Below are positions 61,201 to 64,000 of a stretch of DNA of 64,000 nucleotides, piece after piece (the stretch's first letter is position 1; every line of letters starts with the position of its first letter). The notes under the pieces are model-generated. The model had not been told where the DNA came from and ran no database searches. It saw only the letters and a list, made by a program, of their open reading frames with translations. This stretch comes from Lama guanicoe. Lineage: Eukaryota. The stretch is from the NCBI GenBank assembly GCA_013239625.1, contig MU053482.1:1711168-1775167 (forward strand), in the 5' to 3' direction. The position numbers were made by a program, and so were the translations under genes.

Positions 61201-63189
61201 GTGACTTTGGCTATTTCCAAAAATGTAGTTCCCCCTATGATTGATGCTTTTTCATCCCTGGGGAGATTCCAAGGATGTACCTTGGCCTCTGAAAACAATT
61301 TTAAAGAGCCCATAAAGAACAATGGCCACCCCATTGCAGAGTCATAGACCATTATTAAAGACAGGAATCATGGTGGTGAGCAGCGAAATAAGACTCAAAT
61401 ATTCAGAACTCTGAGCATCAGGGAACAAGGCACATGACTCCAAAGCCCAGAATGAAAAGCCTAAAAGAGGCAGGAGATGGGACAGGATACATACAAGAGG
61501 GTATATTGGACCAAAGCCTTGAGAGATGGGTGAATTTTCCATCAGAGATAAGGGGAATGTGATAAACACCTGCCGATAAGGATGTCCATAATCTTTTGAA
61601 TACCCTCTCTTTGTCAGATGTTATGCACATTGAGAACCTCACTTTCTCAGTGTAGAATCCACCAAACCATATTTCTTCTGGCCACTAGGATGCAGATACA
61701 TAACTCTGTTTCCCCAGTCAGATGTATGCATGCACGACGTTGGTTTGGAAGTTATCTCCGAAAGGAAACAGCAATGCCTGGGTTGCCTTTATGGGACGGC
61801 CACAGGTGGCAGCAGAAGTGAAGTCCCTGCAGTTGATGGTGGCCACAAGCAGCTTCCTGAAGGCAGAGTAGAGGCCATGCAGGCCTGGGGTCAGTGGCAT
61901 TAGTGCTCCCTAACGGCCAGTTCTGTGGTGTGATTCTAGGAGCTGGTCCAAGGTCCAGAGCCCCAGTTTTCTCCCCCATGAAATGGAAGCTGTGCCACCT
62001 CTCTCCCTGGAGCTAGCAAATATGATGGGGCCTGGAAGGCAGTCGTGGGTGAGACCGAAACAGCGGCAGCAGCTGCAACTCAAAGCAAGTCAAAAGGAAG
62101 AAACCTGGAACCAGAAAGATGGTTTCAGAGGACAACTATAGGGAGGAAGCCTCTAGAAGGCTGGTAGTCCTCTCCCTAAAGCTTTACCCAACCAGGACTG
62201 GGTGGGCAAAAGTCGAGAATACGAGAACCCAAGCTTCCTGGTGGTGAGTGGTGGAGGTGAAAATGTCCTCACCACTTTGCCACCAATGCTCCTCACTGGC
62301 CCCTGCCCCCAGCAAGCACAGAGCACAGAGAAGTCACAGTTGGATACCTTGGGCCTTTCCGCCTTCAATGAGAAGAAATAGTCTTTGGCTCCAATTAATT
62401 AAGCAAACTGATAGCAATTCCCTGTTTAAGTCACACTTTGCATACCCATAATCTCTGCACTACATTTTCTGTATACTTTACCCCTGGGTAAAAATTGGTG
62501 AGCATTTAAATGCTTCCTCACATAATCTTGCTAAAGCACACTCCTGCCTATAAATATTCATGCCACTGCCAAAACATTTGCAAGCTTTCCCCAAAGGTGA
62601 AATGTGTGTAATGTACTTTGTCTTCTGGGTATAAATATTATCCAATACATTTTAGTTAATATGAATACACTAATTATTCCTGTAACCCTTTTTAAAAGGG
62701 TCATCTTCATGATGTGAATTTTTAAAAAATGTAATTACAGTAATTGGATACTTAATCTAATTAAAATTTGCTTTATCTTTAATGGGAATTTTTCTAAAGA
62801 GGCAGAATGACAATTGGCTTTTTGATAATGACTGTTTTCTTTCTATAGGGAGATCAAGCTGGTGAAAACTGGAGAACCAGGCAGTTTCGTGTCAGTGCCT
62901 TTTTCCTTTTTACAACTCAGACCTTATGTGGTGAATATGGCTTTTACTAGCTAGAGAGGGTGGAGGAAAGGACCAAGCCAACAGTTGAAGCTACTCCTCA
63001 ACCTAGGAAGCAGCCCGCCGCTTCCCTGGGCTCATGATTGGTCCACAGTAGGCATGTGACCTAAGCCTGCTAGATCAGGCTCCTCACAGAGCTTGCTGGT
63101 ACTAGAGCTGGAAGAGAAGCAGCCCACGCTGCTCTGGGGGCCATGGTGCCCAGAAGCACCATGGAGGGAGTTGTAGTGCATTTTATAGG

Positions 63190-63628
63190 TGTACCAGCCA
63201 TATCCCATTTGTCCACCCTTGAGGTCACCTGGTGACAGTTCTGATACACAATTTAGGGTCCTGTGTCTCTCTGCATAAGACTACCTCTGGCTTGCGGAGC
63301 AAGCCAGGCCTGCTGGAGAGCTGCCATCCCCAGAGCAACTCTCAAACAATGAGGGAGGAGAGCTGGTAGATAGATACCTCAGCTTCCTTGCTCTGGGTGG
63401 ACAACCTGAGGAGTTCTCTGCACATTCCTTCTAAGGAATCCCAATGGGATTGGACTCTACTTGCTTCAGCTGTAACCACTCATCCACATTCCATTCTGGG
63501 AGCTTCCTCTCCTTTTTTGTCCCATTTCCTCACTCCCTTATCATGCGTCTTAAGATCATCTCCCAAATAGAGGAGTGCACCTAAATTCTTGCCTTGGAGT
63601 CCGCTTTGGGGAAGCCCAACAAAGACAG
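63190..63628 (+). mobile_element. ERVL LTR (LTR16-like) amid MLT1-like fragments
   Basis: gagctggtagatagatacctcagcttccttg...gagtccgctttggggaagcccaacaaagaca. Confidence 0.6.
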
Positions 63629-64000
63629 GTGCAAGATTGGGTTTTCCAAGTAACTGTTTCTCCACCATGTGGAATAGGCATGGCAGAAGGAGAAGAGCAA
63701 AGCCAGAAGAAACAAGCAGAAATGGGGTGGATGGAGAGTGAGTCTGATGGTGTTGAATCCTAGTTCCACCCCCAAGACTCTCCTTGCTCCTGCTCCTCCT
63801 CTGATTCCTTGAGCTGCCATAAGCCCTTCCCAGCCATGTGGACCAATACTTTCCTCCCACTTTTTTGGTGTGTGTTAAGCATGCTTGAGTTGGATTTTTA
63901 TATCTTGCAACTGAAAGTATCATGACTCTTGCAACGAGTAAGTGAGTTTGTATGCAAAGCAGTTAGAATAGAGCTTGCCTCAGATTAAATGCTACCACCA

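Noticed and set aside
1..64000. CRISPR arrays, operons, rRNA or other prokaryotic/viral systems
   Set aside because: None seen; spliceosomal introns, mammalian retroelements and TUB-RIC3 synteny explain the window

Overview
Mammalian genomic DNA, not prokaryotic. It holds two convergent neuronal genes. TUB (tubby) is on the + strand: 11 coding exons at 7701-18409, first coding exon upstream of the window, and a 3' UTR of about 4.3 kb. RIC3 (nicotinic/5-HT3 receptor chaperone) is on the - strand: 6 coding exons, 57571 to 27017, 368 aa, with a CpG-island promoter near 57.2-57.9 kb. All exons were placed by hand from GT/AG boundaries and reading-frame continuity against the human/mouse proteins as I recall them. 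A tRNA-derived SINE resembling camelid Vic-1 suggests a camel, alpaca or llama genome (inference). The RIC3 introns and upstream region are rich in old L1, L2, MIR and MaLR/ERVL LTR fragments; subfamily calls and ends are approximate. Nearly all ORFs in the supplied track are spurious. I see no convincing wholly new biological system. The best leads are RNA-processing features: a bidirectional poly(A) cluster where the TUB and RIC3 3' ends would overlap, an intronic stop plus AATAAA giving a 128-aa truncated RIC3, a 253-nt AG-exclusion zone before the last TUB exon, NAGNAG acceptors, and candidate neuronal regulatory motifs in TUB intron 1.
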